Source: Azolla caroliniana (taxonomy: Eukaryota > Plantae > Polypodiophyta). From it: DNA of 64,000 nt. Each line of letters opens with the position of its first letter. Position 1 is the first letter of the stretch. The notes under the pieces were generated by a model. It made no database searches, had not been told where the DNA came from, and saw nothing but the letters and a program-made list of their open reading frames with translations. Positions 35,228 to 48,000 of this stretch are shown here, piece by piece. Where the stretch lies: NCBI GenBank assembly GCA_043228905.1, contig JBHGNT010000014.1, positions 13,206,001 to 13,270,000 on the forward strand. Reading direction: 5' to 3'. The translations under genes and the position numbers were made by a program.

Positions 35228-36511
35228 AGGATGGTATCATTGAAGTAGACACATATTGCACCATGCTTAATATGAGTAGTCGTTGTATGATAAACATTTT
35301 TTTGTGTTTTTTGGGCTTTAAGAAAAATATGTGATGATTAAGTATTCAATTTGTATGATTTTGTATGATTTCATTATCTTTGTGAGGTAGTTATGTTTAT
35401 TTGTGTATCTTTGTGTACTTTCTATAATAAAATGTATAATGATGAAGCATCATATAGAGCTTTTCATTATTAAAACTTATATGTCAAATGACATGTTAAT
35501 TTTTGCATTCTCATGTCGTATGACATACATCTTTAAAAAATGCCCATCAAAAAACTTAAAGACTAACCCGTCAAATTCAGGCCCTACACAAGAGGTATTT
35601 ATTCAACTAACAAAACACAATGTGGTTTCATGGCGTACATTGTCATGTGGATTTGCATAATCTATCTTAAGCTTGATAAAGACAGGAGAAGTAGGTGGCC
35701 ATATAGATCTCTTGAACACTTTTTGTAAAGCTAATATTGATAATATGCATAACTCTTACAATTCAATGTGCCATTGTTTTGTAATATAGACCTATGATTT
35801 TGGGGAGATCTCAAATGCTTTTATTGGCATGTACAATTGAGCATTGATAAAACGAATGAAGTCGGAATTTTTCTATAACATCTTCTAATGTAGTAATGTC
35901 TTGCTACTCTGTGCATGCGTGTGTGCGTGTGTGTGTCTTATATCCTTGGCCATTTGATGATTGATCCCATGGTGCCAACCAAGATCAATGCATTTCCAAC
36001 TAATGTTTTCTTTTAAAGTTGCCTTCTACAATCTAAACATGAATAAGTTTGCAAAAGATATGGAGAGGTTTATGGCTCTTCTCCATGTGGAGATTATGTA
36101 CATTTCCTAAATGAGTTGCATTCCAAATGACTATATTCCCCTTTATTGTGCTTAAATAGGTATCAAAGATTGCATAGATATCCACCAATCAAATCTATTT
36201 ATGTCTACGCATCATTGACCTCCTCAAGAGGAACTGACACTAATGTCTCCTGTATTCATAAACTTTAGATCCCTTACTATGCTCCTTCGTAGTGGGCATA
36301 TATGAAGATATGATAATAGATTGACTTGCTTCTGTGTCCAAAATGGAAAAAAAGTGTATGGCAAAACTCTTAAATAGTCTTTGCTGTCATTTAGAGAAAA
36401 GGCTATTGGTTCCAACTTCCATATACAAAATCAAAATAATAAAACAAGGTTAGCAATTGGAATAGATCATATGTTGAAACCACTGACTTCTATTTCAAAC
36501 TTCAAGATAAA

Positions 36512-36598
36512 AACTACAACAAAACATCATCACTCAACATAACATTGTATTGTAGTTGAGTGATAAAGTTTTGTTGTAGTTATCACTCAACTACAATA
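36512..36598. repeat. Overlapping inverted repeats
   Basis: 36548-36566 and 36580-36598 form a perfect 19-bp IR; 36512-36538 and 36555-36581 form a 25/27 IR. Confidence 0.85.
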
Positions 36599-36711
36599 AA
36601 TCGTTATGTTGAAACAGAAACAAGTGAGGAAGCACGTGAGGAGAGGGGGAGAGAAAGAGAAACAAGAGAGGAAGCACAAAGAGGAGGCATGACAAGATTT
36701 GGAATGCTCAT

Positions 36712-37016
36712 GTATAGAACCCCTCGTAATAAACACATCAATAGCTATAATACAAATTCATATTACAGTGCAAATAAGAAAAAAGAAAACAATAAAACTA
36801 CATGCAAGATTATATTATGAAAGTAAAGATGAACTAAATGTACATGATAAGATTTGGTATACATACTTACATATAGAAGAACCCCCCGTGTTAAAAACAT
36901 CTATAGCCATCATACAAATTCATATTACAGCACAAATAAGCAAAAACAAGAAAACAAGAAAACTACATGAGGCACTTGCTCATGCAAGATTATATTATGA
37001 AAATGCAGAAGATGAA
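36712..37016. repeat. ~160-bp diverged tandem duplication
   Basis: ATACAAATTCATATTACAG..CAAATAAG...ACTACATG...CAAGATTATATTATGAAA twice. Confidence 0.8.
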
Positions 37017-40000
37017 TGAGTGCATCAGTGTGTTTCCAGTGAAGTTACACTAATGGAAGATATCTCGGATGATATGGTTTACACATATATTATGGTGCCA
37101 TATACACACTATAACAGATATGGTGATTAGGTATGTCCTCCAACGTAAAAAATAAATTCCTTTTACAAAGTTCCCAAAGAGCCCAACATAAGCCATATAT
37201 ATACGTTCAAGGTTATGGAATTCGTAAAATGATGTTTGCATGGGGTGAATTCTTAGTATAGAAAAATGGTGGTCAATTCTCTACCAAGGACTCCTAATTC
37301 CACTGCAGACCAAGTTCCAGATAAATTACACTATCTACAGCTTGGAGATTGAACAAGACTTCTCAATCACAACGTGAAAAAGAAACATGTGTTGCAATTG
37401 GCAAGGGATATATAAATTGTGAAAAAACTAAAAATATGTTCAAGTATAACTAAACAATGCATTGTTTTGGGAATCAATGGGATATAATAGAATTCCAATA
37501 GGAAAACATGGCTCAATAGATTGACCTCCAGCAAATCCAAAATATATGCTTCTCTAATCACACCAGAACTTACAATTGAGTGTGGCATCCTTCTATAAAC
37601 AATATATTGAGAAAAGTCATTGTAATTAAAAGACAAAAAAACTTCCCTCGCCTCAGGTTAGTTAGCATTAGTCAAGAAGTAAAGCTGTGTTTTAAAATTA
37701 ATCCAGGACTAGGCTATTGGCAACATTCCATGACTTATAAAAGGTGAAACTGAAGGTAAAAAAATAATAGCCCGGCACTCTTTTGAGCTTCCATATCATG
37801 GATCAAATGACACTGCAACTTTCTATCTACCTTCTTCATAGAGTAAATGCAAATTTCCAACCTGATTCTCCATTAAATTGATAACATCATGACCTGTCAG
37901 AAACAACAATCAAGTGTCATTCGTGAAGAACAAAGGCGACTTTCAAATGCAATAAATAAAATCCTTCTATGTTTAACTGAGCACAATAAACATAGTTGCA
38001 TAAACATTAACATCAACTCAAAACAGCCTAGGAGAAATGTCAGTGAAAGCCAGGATGCTAAGAGAAGAACATAAAGATAGCTAATGAACAAATATTTGCA
38101 TCACAATTAAATGTGGAAGAATCATGTACAAAATCAGTTAGGCTAGACTGGAAGGTCGACAACAAGATATCGAAATGAGAAGTCAAGCACCCACTATATG
38201 TTCAAACAGAAGTAAAAAGGCTAAGGAAAGGCCATTAAAAATTAAGATCCTCATACATGGCTATGGCTAGTGTAAAGGGAAAAAACTAAAGTAAAAAGGT
38301 TAAGAACTATTATTAAACATTAAGACAAAAATGCAGTTATTAAAAGAAGCACAAATTAGTGAATATTGGGATGAATGACCTTGTGTGAGACCCTTATTTT
38401 AAATTTAATCTTCTAGATAAATAGATGTACATATATATTCTATATTTCTGAATTCGTACCATATGTACAGATATATATAAAAATATACACATGGAGGCCA
38501 CTAATTGCAACGATTGACTGTCTCACAAGAATTAAAATACTATAAACATTATATTTATAGATACATATAAAATACATATTTTGCATTGTAAGTTTGGTTT
38601 TCAATTTTCTCTGTCCTTATACGCTCTCTGTTCCCATTTTCATCTAACTATGAAAGTGACATCCTAGAGATGTGGACGACCCACAGGAATGGTTTCAAAG
38701 CCTGAGCACAGAAGGGATCCATTAGCACAATAACTTAAGCAGCAAAGAGGAATTACAACGTTAATTTTCTTGACCTATGCTTCTAATAAGTTCACATGGG
38801 CTATTCTCACATCTGACCATCTCCCATCAGCCTCATCAAATCACGGTAACACGGTAGATACAGATTTGACAAGTTCCTCCCAGAGAAAACAAACAACTTT
38901 CTCTGCCATTAAACCATCTCTTTCAACACTCCAATCTCCTTTTAAATAAACTCTGCCTTTCCCCTTCCTATTGGATTCCTTCACATTGCCTTTTCTAGCA
39001 TCTTCAAGTTTCCACAGGTACTCTGGCATTCCAGATGTCTTCCCATTTACTCTTTGTGCGAACCTGTCTTTCACCTCATCATAGTCATCTGATCTACTAT
39101 CACAATCTTCGACCTCTCGCTTCCTCCCATCAGCCATAGCTATAATTTTCACTACACTTGAAAGAGCACGAGCAAAAAATCGAAACACTGTACCTGGATG
39201 TTTCAATGTACTGATGATCTCCATTCTCCTCTTAGTTTACCGTGCATTATTACAACCATATACACAGCTTCACCGATACACCCCACCCAGCCATTGAATC
39301 CTCAGAGGACAGTAAACTCCAATCAATCCAACAATTTAGCTCCATTTCACTACTGGAGATGTTTACTATAAACAAAGAAAGGTCAACTTAAGATTTTCAC
39401 TCACTATGTATTAGTTTCATATTCAGGAAGCTAGATTTCCCCTGGACAAAGAATTTGACTTCCTGTTGGCCCGAAAGACTGGCACCCTTTTCAGAATTCG
39501 CTTTATTGATAATTCATTGAAGATAATACAATCAGATATTACCCAAACCCTAGAAAGACACGTAGTAGTCTTTAAGACTATTTAAGCTCTAAAACTCAAA
39601 TGAGCTTCCAACGTGTTCTCTGCTGGGTACATTAGCAAAGAGTTTTTCAGCCTATTTTAGTATTAAAACACATATATAGAGCTGCAAAGTATTTTCTGCA
39701 CAAAATACTAGCAAAGAGAGTATGAATCCTGAATTGTTTTGCTCTTTATCGTGATTCCTTCTTCTTTCCAAGACCAATTTTGAGGTTTTCATCAAAAGAG
39801 GGGTTTGTTTGCATATGGTGGCACGTCCTTCTCACACTGCCAATTGTCACTTCTTTAAAAAGAATACCTTAGCCCTTTCAATTATCCACCCTTAAAACTT
39901 TTATGTGGAAGTTTGTAAGGCTTTATAAGGTACAATGTTAGAATTGACCGCACACACTTACAAACACATCAGAATCCAATGCTAACTGGAATTGACCACA

Positions 40001-40899
40001 TGCTCATCCAATGTTGGCCATGGCTCGCCGGTCTACTGTGGACCGTTTCACAGTGGACATGCAATGTCATAATGTCCAAGGTCAAGAGTTCAAACGATAA
40101 AATTAAAACCAAAATAAAATAAACTAATTAATAAATCATGTAGTAGAAGCAAACAGAAAGCACCTCCATGTGACAGTAATTCTAGCCAACTATAAGATGA
40201 AAGCATGTAGTCCCTTATTCTAGCAAAACAATGCTTAGTCCCACAAGGCCCGTTTATGTTCAAAAAGTGCTTTCGAAGAAGGTTCAACAACCACCCTTCA
40301 CAGAAAGTGCTAGAAAGAATAATACACTATTTCTTTTCAAATATGACGATTTGTTGAGTGCCCAGCTAGTTGAAAATAAAACACAGTTTATTGCATCCTT
40401 CCATGTAAAAGAAAAGCAATGTTTTTAGAGCGCAAAATGCAAACTCATGTAGCATCTGATTTGCAAACACCATTACAGAGGACCTAGGGGCTCAGGCTTT
40501 TGTAACATGCCACGAACGGCAGCAGCCGAAGATTTGAAAAGCTTAAGACATCGATAATGACATATATAATAACATTCACATCAGGGGCAACATGACCCAC
40601 TGGAGAGAATTACAGAAAATTCATTTTGGTTTGTGTACAATAACGCCTTCAATGAAGTAGCCAAAGCCAGAACTAGATGAATATGCATACATATATGTAT
40701 GTACATGTATATGTATGTTTGTGCAGCCTCATGAGAGGGCATTAATATGGCACCAATTCATCAAATACCTACTCCAGAATTATTTGAATCATCCTTAAGT
40801 TACTAAGGGGAAAAAAAGCAAGAAAAATAACAAGATAACAAAAAAAGAAAAAATGGGCACCTTTGCTTGAATATAGGAATAGATATGGGGGGGCAAACA

Positions 40900-41313
40900 T
40901 CAAGCCTTAGCCTTGAGCGAGTTGTTCTCCTTGACACGGCGGCGGTTGTCGAGCTTAACGAATCGATGAAGCTCATGCAGGGTCATGGAGTGTGCATCAC
41001 GGCGCTCTAACTCACTGAGTGCCAATGGGCGGTCTAGAAGGGAGAAGAGCCAATTGGGGTAGTCGGAATCGGGGCGTACAGGGGGGTCTGCGCCCTCCTT
41101 CAGGATGTTGGCTCCCAGAACCGATTTATTCCTGATCTCCTTCTCCACAGTCGGGCCAACAGGGGTTTCTACTTTAGCTTTCTTTGCTTTTGCGGGTGCT
41201 TTTGAGCTAGCTTTCCCACCTCCAGCTGCCCTCATGAGGCGATGGGAGGACCAGAATATGGCTCTGCTACGCACACCTCCTCCACCCAATACAAACCCTA
41301 GCCCTGCTGCCAT
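40900..41313 (-). CDS. MRPL54: Mitochondrial large ribosomal subunit protein mL54 (L37/L54), 137 aa, single coding exon
   Basis: GANILKEGADPPVRPDSDYPNWLF signature and RFVKLDNRRRVKENN; Arg/Ser-rich N-terminal targeting peptide. Confidence 0.9.
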   Translation of the reverse strand: MAAGLGFVLGGGGVRSRAIFWSSHRLMRAAGGGKASSKAPAKAKKAKVETPVGPTVEKEIRNKSVLGANILKEGADPPVRPDSDYPNWLFSLLDRPLALSELERRDAHSMTLHELHRFVKLDNRRRVKENNSLKAKA

Positions 41314-42109
41314 CGCCAATTCTCTGCTCTGCTCTTCTCTTCTCTCTTCTCTCACAGAAGAGTCACCACATATGTATGTACATACATATATGGATGTACA
41401 TATACATATACATATTTCTACACATATGATACATACATACATATTCATATACATATACATACATATTTCTCTGATACATACATGCATGCATGCATATTCA
41501 TATACATATACATACATACATACATATTTCTATACATATGATACATACATACATACATATACTGTATACCAACAACCTACAATAATACCCCTAGAATTTC
41601 TTGATCATTCACCGGCATGCCCCTTGCATGTTGTCAGCAAGGGCCCGTTGCATCCTCTTTCGGAGTTGATGACACTCGCTCCATCCTCCCAACAGATCGA
41701 TAATTCCCTCCCAATAGTACTTGACCCGATGAGCGAGTTGAGCTGCATTAGTTATGCGCGTGTGCTAGCATAAGTGGGGAAGCCAGGAAGAGATCGTCGG
41801 CTCAATTCCATCGATTGATGATGAGCTCGGCGTGACTTTCGTGAGGATGGCTTGCATTATGAAAGATCTACGAATGACACAAGCTCGGCCATGGTGCTCC
41901 ACTCATGAGAAGAATCTAGTTGTGTGATCCAGCTATGACAACTACATGGTGCAAACATCGCTTCGCTCCCCTGATGAAAGTAGTAGTTGTGCGCTAGTTG
42001 GAAATGTTTGCAAAAGTGTCCCATAAACTTATGTGGGCTGAAGAAATTGATGAACACATTTGATATCTCTAAGACAATGAAAAGTGTGACCTCGCCCACC
42101 TTTTCCACA

Positions 42110-42480
42110 TAAGAATGTCATTGGTTTTCAATGGGTCTACAAGGTAAAGTACGACTATGATGGCTTCATCAATCATAATTACAATGGTTATTCAAGAACT
42201 CACGACATCAAATGTGATGACACCTTTCTTCCTATGGAACAAGTGATGATCCTACAAATCATGCGAGAACTTGTCATGATGAAGAGATGGCACCTCCGTC
42301 AAATGGATGTGAAGAATGCCTTCCTCCAAAGAAACTTAATGATGAGGTCTACATGAAACAAGTACATGTATTCATGTTGTAAATCTACCCATGTGTGATA
42401 TGTTGGCTCAAGAAGCCATTGTATATCCTTAAGAAATCATTGAAGTTGTTGCACTTGAAGATCACGCTATGCCTATTGAT
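42110..42480 (+). mobile_element. Degenerate Copia RT remnant (likely continues ~43380-43620)
   Basis: NVIGFQWVYKVK, WHLRQMDVKNAFL, DEVYMKQ, LKKPLYILK; downstream AKKAIQYVKNT. Confidence 0.75.
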
Positions 42481-43870
42481 AACAGTTCGGTTCAAGTTCA
42501 AGTTTTTGTAAATGGTTCTATTCAATTCGAGCTTTTATCAGCTAAATGGTTTCCAATTTAAATTGTTTGGAACTGTGGTTTAAACGGTTTGAAGGTTTAG
42601 GATTGGCACTTCATTATTTTCTTCATTATTTTTTTGAACAAACTTTTCATTTTTAAGCCTAATTTTGATATTTTTTAAAAAATCAAAATTCAAAAGTTGA
42701 CCTAACTTGGAAATCAAAACCGAACAGTGAAACTGTAGTTTTAACAGTTTGGAAAACTCTAAAACAATTTGGTTTGAGCTTGATTTTTTTTTTAAATGGT
42801 TCAATTTGAACTATTCCAGTTTAAACAAGCTAGTCAATTGATACAAGGTTGGGTGGTAGAACACTAGAGCCATGTCCATCCATCGAATGACAATGTTGTG
42901 ATATCTGCAAAAATGTCCAAGGTTATTTTCCATGGAAGGGACATGGGCAATAAAGTAACCTTTTGTGGGTAAATGTTATACTCAATATTGCTAATGGCAC
43001 GAGCCTTCCAATTCTATCAAAGTTTTACTCATGCATTACATAGGTCTATTTCTAATCAAGCATTTTTCTTTGTATTTTCTTCCAATTTGGATTTTATTGC
43101 TACATACTTTTAAATGAGTAGGGACTCTAATCGCATAGGCCTAAAGCATCTCATGTCCTCATGTTGATGTGTTTACCATACACTAGCATTATGGCTTCTT
43201 AACCATAGACTAAGTAAAAAGGAGTGGAGTGTGTAGAAACTAATATAAATGTGACAAAAGCCCATAGTGTCATGTGGCTTTGTTGTTCCCTATTAAAATG
43301 TGACACCACTATATTTTTGGTTGATACCAATGTACCATGCACAAAATCTTGTTGGGGCTTTCAGCTTGGCTATTTCATCTAGGGTAGTAGGGGGTGTTGT
43401 TCTAACGAGTGACCATGAGCTCACCAATTCATGCAAGCATTGTGTGACTAGGCACTTTGATCATGCTAAGAAAGCGATTCAATATGTGAAAAACACCACA
43501 AAATGTGACATACTCTATGAAGCAAGAGTCACATGTATGTCGATTGGGGTGTATCACATTGGATATTATTAACAAGTTGCTTTTGACATGAACAAGTGCA
43601 CCTCTTTCATGTAGGGCTTGGATTATGTTTCACATTAATCCCATTGGTGCAATAGTCAGTCGGATATATCATTTTTAACTAGACACATGTCTAAGAGGCT
43701 AATGAAATCAATCCCCCAAATCTCAAAATGTTGTTAAGCCATGAACCACTGAAATGGGTTGTGGTTCGACTAAGTGTGTATGGCATTAACGTTCCTCTCT
43801 TCCTTTCACATATTCATGTGTGTCTCTAAAGAATGTGCACTAGTCCAAAGTTCAAACCAACTTGGAGGTT

Positions 43871-44145
43871 TTTCTTGGATGTTATATTTGCACCCCAAAT
43901 GCCCCATGTTGTTACCTTAATGAGATTGCCCCACGACGAACGTTGTAGTTCGTTATGCATATTCAGAGTAAGTTGTCTTGGCTTCTCATGTATAAGTTCC
44001 CATGTATATTTCTTGGATGTTGTATTGGCACTAAAATGCACCGTGTCGTTACCTTAATGAGATTGCTCCATGACGAACATTGTAGTTTATTATGCATATT
44101 TGGAGTAAGTTTTCTTGGTTTCTCATGTATGAGTTCCCATGTATC
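43871..44145. repeat. ~138-bp tandem duplication
   Basis: TTTCTTGGATGTT...GTTACCTTAATGAGATTGC...TTATGCATATT...AGTTCCCATGTAT twice. Confidence 0.88.
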
Positions 44146-44745
44146 ATCGAAATTGGTTAACACCATCAAAGTAAAGCACACACATCCTCCTTACTTAGCT
44201 ATTGGATGATAAGAAGACTTCCATTTGAGAATGCAAACAATGTTAGATGTCCATTCACAGTCTAGGTGATTGGCAAACAATGTGACATTTACAACTTCTT
44301 CAGTGAATCCAATATGTCTTTTCCCTAATGGTCAATCTCAAGAAATGGTCTACTACTTGATTCTTTCCTTTTCATGTAATCCCTTTGAAATTGAACTCAA
44401 ATTGTGTGACTGTCCAATTGGAGATTCACATACAATGGGATTGGCAACTCCAAGTTCCATATCTTACAATAACTCTTGCCTTCTAAACATAAATAATGTC
44501 TTGTGTTGTTACCAGTGTCCACATAGACTTTATACCATTCACCACATGCATGGACAATTATTCTAACCTTAGATGTGTATTGTTGAGAGCTTGGGAGTAA
44601 TAGGCCCCTCACTTTGGTATTAGAAATATTTCAATCCTAGGCCATTTGAGCTAGAGGTCCCAAAATATGTGCTTTGTTAAGTTATTCCTTCCCACTAGTT
44701 GATGAATATACTTCCATGTTCAAACACCATGTTGAGCACCATCTT

Positions 44746-45070
44746 TTTTTTTTCTTTTTTTTTTTCAAAGTAAAGCTACTTTCCCATTAGTTAGGAAGGA
44801 TTATTACATAGAGTCTATAAGGAGATTTATACACACATCGGGGAGACTTCCTCCGATCAAGCCAAAGAAGATGAGCCACTTACATTGCCTTGCGGCCTAA
44901 CTTAATGTAAGAAGCTACCTATATCCAAGGCAATGCCCTTCAATGTGGCCTCGTACGAGTCGGCTCTTGGGGCCTACACCGAAGAGAGGGTGGCAGGTGA
45001 ATAGGAAACAACCAACGTGGGGGCTGGTAGTTCCACCTCGAGCCACTCCCGCCTTGCATCACCATAGGTG
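44746..45070 (-). mobile_element. Short 5'-truncated LINE insertion with 16-bp TSD
   Basis: TSD TGTTGAGCACCATCTT at 44730-44745 and 45071-45086; poly(T) at the left end; minus strand encodes ...RWNYQPPRWLFP. Confidence 0.9.
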
Positions 45071-48000
45071 TGTTGAGCACCATCTTGATCACCCATGACC
45101 CCATTTGCTTATACCTTACACTAAATCTACAACCCCCTTGAAAGCTTGTTAATATCCTAATGCAATTAATGGTTGGTTTGTTTAATTTATTCTCAAATGT
45201 TTGGATGTGTTTGATTTCTTGTAACTATATGTGTAGGGAGAACGTATGAGCCTCTCTTTGTTTTAACAATTAGGACATGTGACTCCAAGTAATGTGACAT
45301 AAATTTTAAAAAGGTTAATTGTTAAGCATATCGAGGAATCTCTAGATCATAAAATGTTGTTTGAGAGTGAGTGAAATGGTCAAAGGAGACAAGTAATTTG
45401 TTGTTGTGAAATTGAACATCTCTTACAAGCTTGCCTAATCACACATTTGAGCATTTAATGGCAGCATCATTGTTATTTGTATGGTATAATTTGTCATGGC
45501 TATACAAAGGAAGGCACTCAATTTTGACAGCTCAATTACTTTGTAAACTTGAACGGCCTTTTATTTTTCATGTTATGATATATATTGTATTAAAGACTTC
45601 CTAAACTCTTTAGTCTAAGATTATGACAATCCACATGCATAAAGAAACAAATATCTACCATAGCTCCTTCCAAGTAGGGGATTGATAGGTTGCATCCATA
45701 CCTATCTTGTCTATAGTTTTCATCTTGAAAATATAATTTGATATGTGCCAATTCTTCTTGGAAATATATCCCTTAACATATTTCTAGAGTTTAGGGTTTA
45801 GTTCTAAAATTTAAACGACACATAGTTTATTATGGAGGGTGGCTTCACTATTTCCAATAACTATCAGCCCACCCTTTGGATGTCGCACTTCTATAGGTTT
45901 TGTTCTTCCTTATTTCCAACATTTGGCCTAGATATATGCCCACCATTTCTCTAGTTTTTGCTCGCAAAACCATGTTCTTTGTTTCATCCTCAACTTCAAT
46001 TCTTATTTCGAAATTCTCTTTTCTTGTTTTCTAGAGTTTTCTCGTGTTCTGATTAACTAAGTGCGCAAATGTGGAGAATATAGAAAGGTCTGTAAAATAT
46101 AATAAGAGATGGCATATTGTTTTCTTTTTATTTATACCCACATTCACACACTTCATTAATTTTGACTATTCACATGCAATTCCAAACAATGCTTGTTTTG
46201 GGAGGTTATGTGCAATGACTAATTATCACATCCCATTATATTTTTGGAAGATAATGCATAACCCATGTCAGGTTCACACACTAGCTTAGTTCCACATCTT
46301 CTTACATCGCCACATCAATAATAGTCTTATAACTTGAGACATCAACAATAAAATCTTAGCATAACCCACACATTGGAGTTGAGGGTGATGAAATTCATGC
46401 AACATGTTATGATCTATCGATTTGGATGCTTCCCCATAATCATCTTGTTGCAACATCTCCTTCAAAGGAACATTGATGGATGTTAGTTTCTCAACTACTC
46501 GATACTCCTTAGTTGATTGCAATGTGGTATTATGTCCATATAAATGTGCAACAATACATTAGGTATTCTTGAGTTGGTGTATAACTAAGTATTTCATTAA
46601 GCACTTATTAATTGTAATCAAGCACTTTCATGCTATTGATGGCAACCTCATGCATGTCTATATACACGTGCAACTAGCACATTATGTATCACTTAGTTGG
46701 TAGCGAATTAAGATTTCATAGTACCAAGCTCGATGCTCACCAAGGAATTGCCTAACTTCTTTTTGTATGCATTGATTCCTTTCATAAATAAAAAAACCCT
46801 TGTTCTAATAGCTAAGAGTTTGTGAAACGTTCACAAGCTTCAAGGACATTGAATAGTAGTTCACTTTTGAGTTAGTGGTATCGTTTTCAATCCCCAACTT
46901 GTGGAAAGTTAACTCGCAAAACCATTTCGAGGACCAAATTGGTAGCATGATGATCTCAAGTGAAATATATAAGCTTAGCACTACATAACAACACCAACTT
47001 TATATATTAATTTTAAACATTCAAAATTGTGCCAATAATTGGCCTCAAATTGTTCTGATGTTTACAATCTTAATAAGGAGATAATGCTTACACGTCAAGC
47101 TTTATTTAGGATATCAATTGTAATGTTTGTTTATTTTGCAATTTGTCATAATTCAAAGAAGGTTTCAAATTTATTGAACACAATCTCCCATAGGAAGTTT
47201 GTTTTGTTTCATATAGTTATTAAGCTCATCGAGGAATCCACTCTAGGGGTTTGACCTTCGATGGAGTGTATAGTTGAGGGTGATCTCACAAATCTATTTG
47301 CCACCCATCTTTGGCCATATACATGTGGGGGAGGGGGGGTTAATCTTTTGACATAATCCATAGACTAATAATAAATCCATCTTTTCCATAAACTAATAAT
47401 AAATCTAGGTTTCCCGTTATAAGTCTATATCCCTTCAAGCCACAATGCCTTACCTAAATAAAGAGGGAAAATCAATAAGCCTGGGTCAATAATTTACATG
47501 CAAACCCTTATACCTCTCCCTTGTCAATGCCATGCAAAATCATGTATCATGAATCATAATCCCAGTAGAATACCCAAGATATTTCTACTTTTTAAAATTC
47601 TTGATGTTCCAGAATCCATATTTCAATAAAAAATGTCCAATTGCAAGTGTCACTATAATGAAATAATTCCAATATCCCTTTGTTATTCTATTCTAATATA
47701 GTGTATCCGAACCACTTATGACTTATGAGTATTAGCCGTTGTTGCAATGAACTGACAAATTAAGCGCAATTATCATTGTGCATGATTGTTCTTGTATTAT
47801 GAAATATTCACTTTTGGCAACATTAAGTGTTGTCATGATGAATTGAATAATAGAGCATGCACAACCGCAATGGTACATGCATGATCCATTGCTTTGCAAT
47901 GTTGATGTATACACACACACTCAATCGACAATGCATCATGCATAAAACAATATCAAATATTAGCTTTTACACAAAATTGAGTGACATGACTGAAAACAAT

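Noticed and set aside
27510-35586. Full hAT element boundaries
   Set aside because: Candidate ends CAGTGTTGGG (27510) and TCAGGCCCTA (35586) are not complementary and no 8-bp TSD was found
41314-41517. N-terminal extension of mL54 and the opposite-strand ORF 41105-41773
   Set aside because: Translation of (TACA/TA)n microsatellite-like sequence; the likely start is ATG 41313
42481-42830. MITE within the Copia remnant
   Set aside because: Subterminal-like GGTTC/GAAC repeats are present but I could not define TIRs or a TSD
46280-47930. Second hAT transposase relic on the minus strand
   Set aside because: Only faint motifs (FATN, VHAL); too degraded to support without a profile search
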